Assembly (NCBI GenBank): GCA_009914755.4
Contig: CP068257.2
Location: 29,600,001-29,664,000, forward strand
DNA: 64,000 nt
Reading direction: 5' to 3'
DNA from: the human T2T-CHM13v2.0 reference genome, Homo sapiens
Both the position numbers and the translations under genes were made by a program. Below, one piece after another: positions 27,634-42,845 of this stretch (positions within the stretch are counted from its first letter, which is position 1; the number at the start of each line of letters is the position of its first letter). The notes beneath the pieces are model-generated. The model searched no databases and had not been told where the DNA came from. It saw only the letters and a program-made list of their open reading frames with translations.

Positions 27634-27838
27634 TAGAGATAGGGTTCTCATTCTGTCACCCAGGCTGGAGTGCAGTGGTGTGATCTAGCTCATGAAAGCC
27701 TCAAATTCCTAGGTTGAAGCCATCTTCCCATCTCAGTCTTGCAAGTAGCTGGGACAACAGGTACTCACCATGGCCAGCTAATTTTTCCTTTTTTTTTTTT
27801 TTTAGAGGCGAGGTCTCACTATGTTTCCTAGGCTGGTC
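27634..27838 (-). mobile_element. Partial Alu (minus)
   Basis: tagagatagggttctcattctgtcacccaggctggagtgcagtggtgtgatctagctcatgaaagcctcaaattcctaggttgaagcc ... tagaggcgaggtctcactatgtttcctaggctggtc. Confidence 0.8.
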
Positions 27839-28177
<339 letters not shown>

Positions 28178-29111
28178 TGAATTACTTTTTAAGAGTATAA
28201 AAAGGTCTAAGAATGGCTAACATAAGCTATCTCTCAACTACCTACCCACCTTCCAACTTCCCAAAAACAGATCTTGGCAAAGAAGATATATATTCTTGTT
28301 GAAAATGCATGGGTTTGTTTGCAAAATAAATATCTCATTGCTTAACTTACGTGCCAGAAAAAGAAAGATAAAGAGAAAAGAAAAAAAAAAAAGCATCAAA
28401 CAGAAGATAGAGGAGAACAGAAAAAAAAAAGGGTGTTTTAAAAATCGATTTTACATGAAAAAATTTGTTTTATAAAAACCTGAGGTTCTTAACCAGAAAG
28501 AAGCCTCTAGATGGACTTTAGGGGACCTATGGATCCCTTGAAATGATATGCAGAAGGGTGGTCCCTGTCTTTATCTAAGGAAAACGTCCACATTTTTCAT
28601 CTGATTCTCAAGAGTCTGTGACCAAAGGTCAAGAATCATATGGTTGTTGATGTGCATTTTCAGCCCAGGAAACAAACTTATCTCTGAGTCATTGAAGCTC
28701 AGTTGCAAAATAAAACAAAACTTTAAACATCAAGACAATTTTTCTAGGAACTCAAGCTCCTCCTCTGACAATGCTGCACTCTTTACCTTGTTATTAATGA
28801 AATCATCAACGCGACTACTTGCTTATCAAAGAAAGCAGCCGTGAGGGATGGCTCTGCTACAGTTATCCTGGCCATCTCTCTCCGTAATCAGTGTTTTAGG
28901 TGACAAAAGTGGGCAGTAATAATTTTCTTTTCAGCCAAGTCCTTTTTTTTTTTTTTTTTGTATCTGTACCAAAATTGAGGGTTTTGATCTTAAAATCTGA
29001 GGATATTGAGCTGAAACCTTTTCAAGCACGGGGAGGTAGTCAGTGTGGGTGTGTGCTTTGGAAGAAAAGGCCCTCCTTGATTAGCAAGTCAGAAAGAAGA
29101 CTTGGATTTTT

Positions 29112-29417
<306 letters not shown>

Positions 29418-32174
29418 TCATCCAGTTGTGACACCTCATCTCCTAATCTCTTTATTTTCTAGGGATGCTGCTGTGTCTGAAACTGGCCAGTGAAACCCAC
29501 AAATCTATTCACCAGCACCACACCTGGCTAGGGACGCTCCGAGAGCCGGGCTCCTTGCTGGTCTCCTGAGGCTGAGGTTCCCAGAGACATGCTCAGTACA
29601 ACCTGGCCGTGTTCCTTCATCTCCCAAGTGGATGAATGAAGCTCTCCTCACAAGCATGCACAACGGCTCCACGCCAAAGCTTCCCACAGAACACAGAACC
29701 TGGCTATAAGGCTCCATCAAACGGCAGGTTTCTCTCTCTCTCCAACTCACCCACTGAAAGTTTCAGAGACACGGGAGAGCAGAACCCTAGAACAATGAGG
29801 CAATCTTCAACATCACAACTAACAACTCCTATTTATTAAGCATTTGTATGTGTAAAACTGTGCCATGAGTTTTCCATTCATTCCCTTGCAGAATCTCCAG
29901 CCTCATTTAAGAGGCACTGAGATCCATGGAAGTCAAATAACCAAGAGGTAACAACCTCAAAGTTGCAAGCTCAGATATGCTGCTAACTTCCTTGTCTGAC
30001 ACTAGGCAGCCCCCTCCTCTGTCTGTAACCAAAGAAATTCATAAAGTTCAGGCCCAAAGACGAACTAGCCATCAACTAAATCTAAGGAGTAACCTATTAA
30101 GTACTTTTACAGAAACCAACAGAAATAAATTCTGCTTCAAATAGCATGAGGCTTTACTCATACTGACTCCCAAGACAAACTTTTCTGCACAGCGCACATG
30201 TGGATGCACAACAAACATGCTCATAAAATACACGAATTAAACCAAAAATTGCCAGCAGACCCTGTAGCACATATGTGCCACCATTCAAGACTTAAATGTG
30301 AACTCCTGTGACTTCACATTACAATAATCCATCCAACTACTGAAAAAATCCAAAAACAGGAAAAAGGGCCAAAAACCCATTTTTGATCATTTTCAAATCA
30401 AATGAAGTTGTTCACATTATTTCAGATAAAATGTGTTTTCTTCCAGGCTTAGAGGTCATGCTCTTGGGTCAAATGTCTGCCAGGAACTCTTTTCTGGGGA
30501 GTAAAATTGCTGACAGGATGATCACAGATTCAACTACATCATCAGGGCAGCCAAGGAGACTTTAATATCTATGATTCAAGCTCACTGGAGAGGTCCCCTG
30601 GGTCAAAAACTTTTACCAAAAAAAAAGAAAAAAATTTTTTTTAAAAAAGCATTCTTTTCAAGGAAGCTTCCACACCCACTGCCTCTTAAAATACACTGTT
30701 TGGAACATAGTGGGCTCTCAAGAAATAGCGTTGGATGAACACGCCAAACTTAGACTAGGAAATGTGGGCGGGTGGATAGTGTTGTGCATAATTCCGGGGT
30801 TTGTTTCAAGTCATTAAAGATCCTCACTCAACATATAAAGTCAATACAAAAATAATACTTCCGTGCATTTTATACGCTCCACAAGAGGTTTCCATGCATG
30901 GTATCCTATTTGGTTCTCCCAATGGCCCTGTGGGAGGCTGGTGTCACTCAGACTGGACAGCAACAGATCCTGGGGCACAGAAGATGGAGTGACTGGCCCA
31001 AGGTCACCACTGGGTAAGCACACATGCCAGGATGCAAATGCACTTCTTAGGATTCCTGGCCAATGGCACTTCCCATTACATTAAGCTGCCTAAGCAGTGA
31101 TTTTATGAGACACCACCTTTAGATGATCTCACTTCCATATATTCACAATTTTAGAAGGTGACAAGCCAAAGAATAGAAATTTCGTATAATAATGACACAT
31201 GAGAGCTTTCAGTGGTACCAGACCTAGAGGGGAGAACTGTCCTTTGCTTTGCCCATTTTCTGGGGGTAGCCGTAACTCAAAGGCTCAAATCCCCATCAGC
31301 CATCGAGTATAGGGGAGAGCCATCCCTAGTGTCAGAACCACAGAGAGCCAAAATACAACAGGGCACCCTTCTCAAATCTTACATAGCATATGCACTAACT
31401 GAGCACTGTTCAGGTAGAAATGAAAGTCCAAGGTGATGTTCTGTTTTTAACAGTCTGCGTCACTGTATCCTTCTCTAAGCTCCGAAGGCCCCATAGATCA
31501 TCTCTTTGAATCAGCCTTGCAGTGCCAATCTGATAATGCCTTCAAGACAGCCCTTCAATCCCTTTCAGGTGACTCTTTAATAGGTCACATATCTCCATGA
31601 TCTGTCCAATTGACAGTGCAGAAGTAGCCCTCGCAGGGTAGACAGAGGGGCTGCAGGTGGGTTATCTGGTCATTTGTGTCATTACAATCTCAATTCAGAA
31701 GAGATGGGTTTAAAATTCAGGGAGTGCATCTGGAGGCAAGCTTCAGGCTTACGTTCTCAGACCACAGATGCAGCCTTGGTAGCAACTTGGTTTCTAGGAC
31801 ACAAGTGTTTTTTTTTCTTTCCTTAGAGTCAAGGGGTACACGTGCATGTTTGTTACATGGATATATTATGCAATACTGAGATTTGGGCTTCTATTGAACC
31901 CATCACCCAAACAATGAACACAGTACCCAATAATTCGTTTTTCAACTCTTGCTCCCCTCCCTCCCAGCTTTTGGAGTCCCCAGTGTCTACTGTTTCCACC
32001 TTTATGAGGTACTCAAGATATTGATCCAAACAACTACCCCGAGTCCTCAACCCATATGCCTCCACTAACAATGATGAAAATTACAACAGCTAACAAAGTT
32101 GCCCTTACTGGCTGCTTCCTAAGAACCAGGCACTATGCTTCACATATTATTTCATTCTACTTTCTCAAAAAACC

Positions 32175-32290
32175 TTATTACCCCCATTTGACAGATGAAG
32201 AAATTAAGGCTACAAGAATGTGAACAACTTACCCAAAGTCACTCAGGTAAGAAGACGTGGAGCCAAAATATCCGGCTTGGACACCATCAG
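32175..32290 (-). mobile_element. MIR SINE fragment (core region, reverse orientation)
   Basis: cccccatttgacagatgaagaaattaaggctacaagaatgtgaacaacttacccaaagtcactcag resembles the reverse complement of the MIR core (ccccattttacagatgaggaaactgaggc...cttgcccaaggtcacacagc). Confidence 0.65.
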
Positions 32291-32689
32291 CAAAACCTGT
32301 CCTCAGGCAGGAACACAGACAGTCTAATGCCGATTTTCTTTTTCTCGGCTTCCCCTACATCCTCCATCCTATGCCCATTATATTTAGACCCCCTTTCCAG
32401 CAGAACATACCCTTGAAATGCCCATTTGACTTGCACTGGAGCAAGGCTGGAAGGTGCAGTACCACCTCCTACTGGGCAATCAGAGTGCTGACTGCAGGGA
32501 AGTCTGCTGGTCAACCTTGAGGCTGCTCCGCCATTCAAGGCAAACGGACCCAGTCTGGAATTTTAACCTGAAGCACCATCTACAAACCACCTCCACATCC
32601 TCAGCAAAAGCCAAGACTCCCTGAACTCTGCCTCAGAGAACAGAAGTACCAGAAAAGGCCCAATGCATGCAGGATTACTCCACATTTCT

Positions 32690-32950
32690 TTCTTTCTTTC
32701 TTTTATTGACACAGAGTCTCACTATGTTGCCCAGGTGGGACTTAAACTCCTAGGCTCAAAGCATCCCCCTGCGTCAGCCACCAAGCCGGCTCAACTGCCC
32801 AACATTTTATTATCCTAATCTTAATTATCATTGCCAGCTAAGGTAATGGTGCCTCCATTCACTAGGAAAACACTTTCAAAATCTTTTTTTTTTTTTTTTT
32901 TTTTTGAGATGGAGTCTCGCTTTTGTTGCCCAGGCTGGAGCGAAGTCTCT
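32690..32950 (-). mobile_element. Two short Alu-derived fragments (32690-32790 and 32887-32950, minus orientation)
   Basis: gacacagagtctcactatgttgcccaggtgggacttaaactcctaggctcaaagc and tttttttttttttttttttttgagatggagtctcgcttttgttgcccaggctggag. Confidence 0.6.
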
Positions 32951-32994
32951 TAGTTTCCTCCCCACGGTTTCGTGCACTAGACCCCGAAGCAGGC

Positions 32995-33100
32995 AAGCTG
33001 AGCATCTTTATCCCCATTTTTCAGAGGAATGACTAGAAGTCAGGGTTTGCCCAAGGTCAAACAACTAGCTGGTTGCAAAGTAAGAATTGGAAGCCACCCA
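32995..33100 (-). mobile_element. MIR SINE fragment (reverse orientation)
   Basis: atccccatttttcagaggaatgactagaagtcagggtttgcccaaggtcaaacaactagctggttgcaaagtaag resembles the reverse complement of the MIR core. Confidence 0.65.
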
Positions 33101-33691
33101 TGTTATTCCTTCCGCTACACCTCCCTCCAGAGACAGGGCTGGCCAGCATCGCACGGAACAGGAAATTGAAATGGCTCCCGGTAAGGCAGCGAGCCTGCCA
33201 ACCACCGAGAGAAGCTGACAAGTGACCCAAACCCGCCCAGAATTTAAAATGCCTCCTCAGAGGAGTTGCCGACTAACCTCCTCCCACCTGCTGCAGTGAA
33301 GAAATAAGTTCCAAGAGTCTGCAACCCACCATGCCTGTTTTTCCACGGGAAGGACCAAGTTAGAAAGGAAGCTTGAATAAGTGGGATGCTGTTGAAGAAC
33401 TAAGATGTAGAAGCAGTTTCCCAATATGAACTTACTAGCTTTTTTCCCACTCCTATCACATCGCCACTCCCCCCACACACTTCCCTTAATCCCCACCCCT
33501 TAACCACAGAACTCTAAGAGGGGCAAAGCAGAAGAGAGAGAAATCCTCCCAAAACAGCACCAGCTGCAGCAACTACCAGGCAAACAGGGTAAAACCCGAT
33601 TAAAAGATGGAAATCTTCTAAGAGCAAAGTCATGCACTTAAAGAGTCATGCACCATTCCCAAAATATTGAAACAAATTTCAATCACTTTAC

Positions 33692-34665
33692 CTGAGTTGT
33701 TTTAGCTCTTCTGCCTTGCATGCTGTTGCTATGGCTAATTTGTGGGTTGGTGGCACCTTCAGAGAGACAGTGAGATTTCCTACAGGGAAGTGTGTTATAA
33801 TTACTGTACGGAGGAGTCTCTTCAGCAGCAGCTGGTGGCATCTTATGGTTTGCAAGATTGGGAATATCAGACACCAAATTCCGACAGTAGCCTGCAAATT
33901 TGCTCCCCGGCCCCCCGTTTGCTGTCACTCCAGAGTTTTTCTGAGCATACAAGTCACCCAAGGAATTGGCTCTCTGACAGGTGCTGAGCTGCCGCGGACT
34001 CGCCCGCGTTTCCATCCCCCGAGCCTCCTCGCAGTCCTTCTCTTCGGCGGAACCCAAGATTTCTTCGTTGCTTGTTAAATGTTCTTGGCTCAGATCAGAG
34101 AGTGAGAATTCCAGGCTGTCCTCCCGCCAGATGTCTGCAGATTTGGAGCGTTTCTTCTTAAAGCTCGCCGTCTCCATGAAAGTGGGCCCATTGGATGTAT
34201 AGGAATGCTGCCTCCTGCCTCCCTCAGCCAAATATGTAGCGTCATCCCCGTAAAGCCTGCTCTCCTCAGTGTCTGGCATGCTCTGCACAGAGGCTGCTGT
34301 GAGGACGATGCTGCTGTCTACGCTGGGAGTGACAGAAGAGTCAGTGTAAGACACAGGTCTCAAGCCCATGTCCACTCGGTCCACCCAGATGGGGCTCCCG
34401 AAGTCTTCTAGGGTACCATCTTGGGAGAAGGGCTCCAGGCCATTTTCAGCCAGGGACTGGGGGATGCTGGGGGTGCTGCTGGATCGGGTGCTCACTTCGG
34501 AGTTCCTGTGGATCACCTTCCCCGAGGAAGCGTGCCTGGTCCTCCGCGTCTTGTGCGAGAGGCGCAGGGAGCGGGAAGTGTGCTTGCGCCCCAGGCTGGC
34601 ATGCTTTTCTCCATAAAACTCGTGCTCTACATGTTGACTTTCTGCGTTTCCCATGGTTTTATGGT
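33692..34665 (-). CDS. TIAM1: TIAM1 first coding exon (974 nt: 11 nt 5'UTR plus ATG at 34654-34652 plus 321 codons, ends in phase 0). Encodes MGNAESQHVEHEFYGEKHASLGRKHTSRSL...NSMQGRRAKTTQ, with an N-myristoylation motif MGNAES
   Basis: Acceptor ctcccctttccccccgctttgctgcag|ACCATAAAACC ATG G (strong Kozak); 323-aa ORF at 33683..34654 on the minus strand; donor ACAACTCAG|gtaaagtga at 33692/33691; the peptide is recognisably the TIAM1 N-terminus and is continued by the 19402-19849 exon. Confidence 0.92.
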
Positions 34666-37256
34666 CTGCAGCAAAGCGGGGGGAAAGGGGAGAATTGAGT
34701 CACTATTAGTACAGGTATAGGCATCTTAGAGAAAGCGCTCAGCCTGCAGGGAGGGCAGAACACCTTGGCTCACAGGGGTTGTTAGGTAAGTAACAGCACA
34801 ACTTCCTATATGCACCTGGTAGGTTCTCGGACTCTTACCTGGGAGCAGGTGAACAGTAACATCATCTACTGAGACTGCCCCCTGAGATGTGAAATGAGCT
34901 CATAAATATGAGCATCAGAGAGTTAGACTTGTCTCTGCCCAGAGAGAAGATGGCCACAGGCCATAGCTGAGAGCGCTGCTTTTGGACAGCCAGAAACTCT
35001 GCTGACCTTGTCTTCCTTACTAAACATTTGAAGTTCTGCTCCTATCTATACATTGAAAACTCTGAAAGTACAAACCAAAATGTTCACCAAGGGAGTAATT
35101 TCTGTTTGAAATGATACACATATTTCAAAAAACAAAACTTAGAGGTGCATTTGGTAACCTCCTTCCCTCCCTGACAATGGGTACGTTTCGTTTTTTCATT
35201 TTTTTTTTTTTTTTTGGCTCTATTTGAGCTCTAATGATACTTCAAAATCAATCAAAAATGGAAAACCTCAAGGTGTAAGTCTGATCAACTTTTCCTAGTA
35301 AATCAAAGTCAAAAATTAAAAAAAAAAAGCTTTGACCTTTAATGTCACAGCCTTCTGAGAACCTGGATTTTGGGGCATTTGGGGAGGGCTATGGAGGGGT
35401 GGTGGGGATGGGCAAAACAAAATAGAAAAAAATAGAAACTCCGCTCTCTGCTTAGCAGTAGATTAATGGGTTTATTTCTGGGAGCAAATCCAACCTGTGA
35501 ACATTAATCTGGTACAGCATGCCCTGCAAACAGAAATTCACATTGTGAAACCACTAAGTGTGATTCCGCCTTCTGGGGCCCCCCAGGTTAATTCAAGTCC
35601 CTCCTTAATATTTTTACAGTCTCTCTCACTGACCCGATGACACAATTCTGTTACCCACAGTGGGAAAGAGAAAAATCTTCAAAGCTCGACAACTGTGACT
35701 CTACTTAGCCTATTCTTGTTCCATGAAGTCTCTCTAGCGCACTTCAAATTGTATGCACTTAAGATAACGCACATGAAAATAGCTGGAAAGGAAAGAAGAA
35801 AAACAGAGTAACTGGGCATATCTCTGAGGTGGTTCTTTTAACCACCTATAGAGCCATTCATTCAGAAAATACACATTGAGCACCTACCATGTTCTAGAAG
35901 CCAGAGATACAGCAGTGAACAAAAGGGACACATCCCCTACTCTCATGAAGCTAATTTCTAGCCAGGGAAGGCACGTGATAGACAAGAAAGTAAAAGCATC
36001 GTGGTGAAGCAGGAAGTGATATTACCGTGATCATTGCAAAGAGATCGAAAGAGCCTGGAACACAATATACCTTCACATTGATCCCAGACTTACTCTATAA
36101 TTCCACTGTTCAGGCTAAAACGTTGCTGAAACTCTCACCAGCACATCTTCACTGAAATAAAATTTGTGGCAACACAAAGGGAAACCCTCCATTGAATGTT
36201 CCAGTGAGTTCAGGGGTAACTCATACAGACACCAGATGTTAAGCTGTTCCCAGGCTGGAATATTCCCCACCAGGTCACACATCACAGGAATCTCAGAGGG
36301 AATTTTCCAATAAAGACAATCTCTTTTTTACTAGGAGCAAGTAGATTTCAAAGCAATATGTTCACGCTTCTCTGGTATCTTTAAGAAGCAAGAAAAAAGA
36401 TAAAAACGAAAAGATCAACGGTCTGTGCACAACCATTTATATTATCTAAATTCCTAAGAATGGTACATGCTACATTTCTTACAAGTAAAATAAATAAATA
36501 TGCATTTCAATAACACTAAAGGCTTTGACCAATGCCTTGGAGTTCTTTATTTTTTTAAAGTACATATTAAGATACCTGGATGTGCCTATGTAACTATATG
36601 TTTTGCCAATAAATAAAGACTTAGAACCAATGTTAGTCACAGCCCCATTTTAAGACTCACATAGGTTTAAATTTAAAAGAGGAAAGAACTATGAGGAAAT
36701 AAATTGAGTAAAAGGCAAAACTGTCGCCTCAAATATGCTAAGATTTACCCTCCTCTAGCACATATATCAAAAGTTTGCAAACATAAATTGACACATATAT
36801 TTTCAACAACAGCTTTCTGGTAAGGCTTGTTTCTGCCAACAGAAAACTCATCAAGTTAAAAGCCTCAGGAGAGGTTTCCTGAAGGAAATGGCCCCAACCT
36901 TCAAGAATTACCGCACTACATGCATCACGCTGATGGGTCTGTTATATTAATAGCATTTTTAGTAGCAAGATTCTTTTCAGCTGGCCAAGGTAGGAAAGAA
37001 GCCACTTTTATCTTCAGAACTAGAATGTAGAGAGGAATGCCAAATCTCCTAAATCCTACTAAGAGAAACTCTCAGGGGATGGCCTAAGGAGAGTGAGCAG
37101 GAAGTTTGAAGCAACTGAAGTTAAGAAAAATAAGTTTCTAGGGATTGCTGAAACACCCTTCAATTTGAAAGCTGTTCCTGAGAGGTTAATAAGAACGATG
37201 AAAGCCCATGTGGGATCAGCGGAGGACTCTGAAATAACATCAGCGTGAAAAGTTGA

Positions 37257-37653
<397 letters not shown>

Positions 37654-40600
37654 GATGAATTTTAAGTTTTACCCTTTCCATGTACAAATGTAAAATGCCA
37701 GCTACTTCCATCATCTTAATTTCTTCCTATTCAATCTTACTTAACCCTTTTTATTTTTATCTTCAACAAACAAAACCTGATTTGCATTTTATATTTGTGT
37801 GGGTTTTGTTGTTCCTGTAGCCCAAAGAAAGCAAATTCAGAGCAGAAATTAACTTTTACTTTTTTTACGGCTTCCACAAGACTAGAAATATTCCACGCAC
37901 GATAAAGCATCAGTAAATATCGGTGCATTTTAGTAACAAAAGCAAAAAGTGAAGGACCAGCACCTCACTAACATCATCACACAGTCACTAGGTAGGAGAG
38001 AGAATATTTGGGACAAGGAGGACAGGCTGAAATGCAAAAATTGGGATTGACATTGAAAAGGTGGATGCCAGAAAACTGGTACTAGATCTCAAGCTTGGAA
38101 ACACTACCAGTTTTAAATTCATTAAACTCTTAATTTCAGACTATGATTTACTTATATAGAATGTTAGTGGTCCCACATAGCTCTCATGTTTAGGGACTAG
38201 GTAGGAGGGAGGGAGGACAAGCTTTTAGCCTAAGAACAACTCTCCATATTCAAACCTCAAGTCTGGCTTCTCGTGCTTTTCTTTCTTTCCAATCTTCTAA
38301 GTCAAGCTTGTCCAACCCATAGCCCACAGGCCACATGGATGGCTTTGAATGCAGCCCAACACAAATTCATACACTTTCTTAAAACACTATGAGATTTTTT
38401 TGCAATTTTGGTTTTTTTGGCTCATCCGTTATCGTTAGTGTTAGTGTATCTTATGTGTGGCCCAAGACAATTCTTCTTCTTCCAATGTGGCCCAGGGAAG
38501 CCAAAAGATTGGACATCCCTGTTCTAAGTTCTGGCTTCCTTAGCCTGCCTCAGGGCCTGTGCCTGTCCCTCTGCCTAGAACGCTCTGCCTTTCCGCCTAC
38601 TCCACCAAGTTCCTTCAGACCTTCAATCAAATGTCCCCTGGTCAAGGAGGCCTTTCCTGACCCCTCCTCCATCTAAAATGACAACCAGTGCTGCAGCACT
38701 CAACATTTCTTACCCCTCTTCTTTTGCTTTGCCTTCACATTGATCATAATTGTAACCAACATATATTTCACTTACTGGTCTTTCTTATTCTCTATCCTTT
38801 CCCACTAGAGCCTAAGCTTCAGGAGGGCTGGAAGTGTCTTGTTTCCTGCTGTATCCTCATTGCCTAGAACCCAGCCTGAAAGGTTGTAGGTGGTCCATTA
38901 AAAAAAACACCAAAAACCCAAAAGAAAAAAAAAAATACTGGAATGAATGAATGACAAAGACACTTTAATCTAAGATGTGAAAACTCATACAACTACAATG
39001 CAACATAGGTGAGAACATGACCACAATGCTAATGAGACACAGCACACATCAGTCTTAAATACGCTAGCCTCTTCTCTCAGGATGCCTGGAAGAAACTTCC
39101 CAATCAGCTCTCTGCTCTCTGGGTCCCTTCCACCTGCAGGTCTGTGTCAGTCCCTTACTCTGGACCACTGGGTTGAAGGTCATCCTGATCCATGAACTTA
39201 GGGGTGAGGGTGTTCAGCTTGTGCTCCAGTGTGTTCCCCTCCCCACCCCCAATTCTTCCTGGGGAAAGAATTAAGGGCTTGCACCTGTCTAATTCCACTG
39301 AATTCTTGCCTCCAGTTCCTATCTTCCTCTTCCTTTTGGAGCTGCAGTGCAGAGGTTCAGGAATGAGGTTAAGAGTTGAGAGGGCAAGTGTAGAACTGCT
39401 CAGGCCTAGGACGATCCAGAGAAAGTGAGAGCAAAGGAGTCTTAGTGGCATGATGGGCAAGAGTGTCATCTGAAAGTGGTATGGGGTCAAAGCATCAGGA
39501 GTTCCTGGGGGAGTGCTCAGGGCCAGGGATCAAAGACAATAGGATGAGTGTGATTTTTCTTTTCTTACCAACACCATGATCCCTCTCTTAAAGTGATAAG
39601 TTAAACTTTTCAATAAGTAATCACCTTAAGGGCCTTTAAATCCCACCAAATTAAATGCAGATGCTCCTCCATTTATGATGGGGTCATGTCCTCATAAACC
39701 CATTGTAAGGTGAAAATATCCTAAGTCAAAAATTCATTTAATACACCTAACCTACCAAACATCATAGCTCAGCACAGCTTACCCTAAATGGCTCAGAACA
39801 CTTACATTAGCCTACAGCTGAGCAAAATCATCTGACACAAAGCGTATTTTAAGTATTGAATGTTTGTTGAATATTTATTTATAATAAGTGTTGAATATTT
39901 CATGTAACTTACTGAATACTGTGCTGAAAGTGAAAAACAAAATGATTGTATGTGTACCACCGTAAAGTTAAAAAAACACAAGTCAAACCACCCTAAGTTG
40001 GGGACTGTCTATACATAGTAAAGGAATTAAAAGGTATTTTAAGAAACTTTATCAATATACACAAATACTTATTAGTTAGGGTGGTTCATATATATATATC
40101 AGGTAGGTGGTCATTTCTCAGGGGCTGCTTTTATAGATTTATTAGGCTACTAAGCCTTTTGTAAAAAAAAAAAAAAAAGATATAGAACTATACACATATA
40201 TTGAAACAATGTCAAATTCCTGGCTTTAGTATTTTACTATAATCATGTAAGATGCAACCATTAGAAAAAACTAGGTGATGGTTACATTTCCTGCATACAA
40301 TTTCCTGTGAATCATAATTATTTTGAAATAAAAAGTTGAACAAACAAAACGAGCCTTAACTAACTAACTGAATATTCTAATGAAACTGTAGTTTAAAGTA
40401 AGGGTTCTTCCAAAAGAAATATAGTTGAATCCCCTTTTATTTTTAGCTGAAAAGCATCTAGAATATTCTAACATAATTTCAATGAATTAGGCAACAACAA
40501 CAACAAAAAAGCAAGCATTTAGCATCATCTGGCAAAATGTGATCAGAAAGTACAAAGCAAACAGAACAGTGGTCCAAAATGAGGTTAAATAAAGAGGTGA

Positions 40601-41620
40601 TGTTGATTATAGGATAAAGCTTCTGTCTTAATAAACTAGTGAAAAAAAAATAAGTTGTTAATATCTGGTGCCAGCAAGTTGGAGTAAACCAACTAAGGCC
40701 TATCTTGCCCCAGCTAATGACAACTAAAAACTCTGGACCAAAAAGTAAACAAAAGCAAACAAATAAAAAAATAAAATAAAAAAAGATCAAAACCTGAGGA
40801 TGCCACCCATTTAAGGGTGAGTTTCCTATTTTGTTTTTGTTGTCCTAATTTCTCACCCAGCCTTATACCAAGGGTGAGTACGGCTCCAGTGAAGCTATGG
40901 CACAGGCAACAAAAACTCTGGATCAGACCTTGTTGTTCCACCCAGAGGAATCAAGAATGGTCCCTGTAAGCCAGAGAGAGTGTGGAGATCTTAGAGAAAA
41001 GAGAACTGGAAAAGAACATCCCATAATGGTGTGTATAAATCTGCACAAGTGACAGGCTCACTCCTCAGATGCACATGCCTAGGACTGACCCAAAGCAAGA
41101 TAGCAAAAGCTTTGAGAACTGAATCATGACATAAACCACAGCCCAACCCTCAGACTAACCCCTGAGTGGCACAAAAACGGGACAAACTCAAAGCAGTATA
41201 CCAAAGGCTTTGAAAACTGAACTGACATTAGAGCCTCCACCCACGGAGGTGAGACAGCACTTACAATCTGAACCAAGTCAGGTTGACTGCCTGCAAAATA
41301 ACAACAAGGAAAAATCAATATTCTCCAGATGATGTAACAATACCTGGAGTATCACAACATAATATTCAAAATGCCCACAATGCATTCCAAAGAACCAGGA
41401 AAATTTAATTAGCTCTCAGGGGTAAGTACAATCAATAGATGCCAATCCCAAGGTTGCCCAGATGTTGGAATTATCACACAAAGACTTTTAAAGCAACTAT
41501 TACAAGTGTGCTTCCTGAGTAAATGTAAACACCCTTGAAATTAATGAGAAACTTAACTGCTTGCAATGCCTGTGCAAGATCATTATGAACATCAATGATG
41601 ATATTAATACATGAGTAAAT

Positions 41621-42025
<405 letters not shown>

Positions 42026-42510
42026 TTAATAGAAAGCCACCCTGTGTTCAAAGTCCTGGGCATAAAGAACATAGAAAAATATTTCCACAACCACAGATTG
42101 TTGAGGGAAAACAGGAAAGAAAAAGACACAAAGGAATCTGGAAACAACTTCATCACCTTGAGAACTAAGGAGGTTATAATAATATTTTTATGGTTTAGGA
42201 TGTCTAATGCCCTCAATTACACCAGCGGTTCCAGTGGTGCTCCTAGCAGACAGCAGGACAGGATGCCTCACCCCCTAGCTGAAGAACAGGAAACTTCCAC
42301 ATGAACAATGCCCAGCCCTGTGGGTCAGCTGGCCAGGGCTTGCCCCGTGTGGGAGTAAATAATCCAAAAGGTGATTCTACCACTGGGGTCAAACATCTCT
42401 AGTGCAAAATTCTTCTCATCTTCCAGAATTAAAATCTGAGATTTGAGATGCACGTTCAACATACAGACCTTGAGACAGCTAAAAATTTTCTCCAAGAATA
42501 TTAAGATGTG

Positions 42511-42845
<335 letters not shown>

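Noticed and set aside
33716-34720. Seven plus-strand ORFs (33716..34078, 33742..33987, 33981..34202, 34205..34411, 34368..34616, 34421..34720) and minus ORF 33688..33897 overlapping the large TIAM1 exon
   Set aside because: Antisense or alternative frames of a stop-poor, GC-rich coding exon; the in-frame 323-aa minus-strand ORF with recognisable TIAM1 sequence is the real one.
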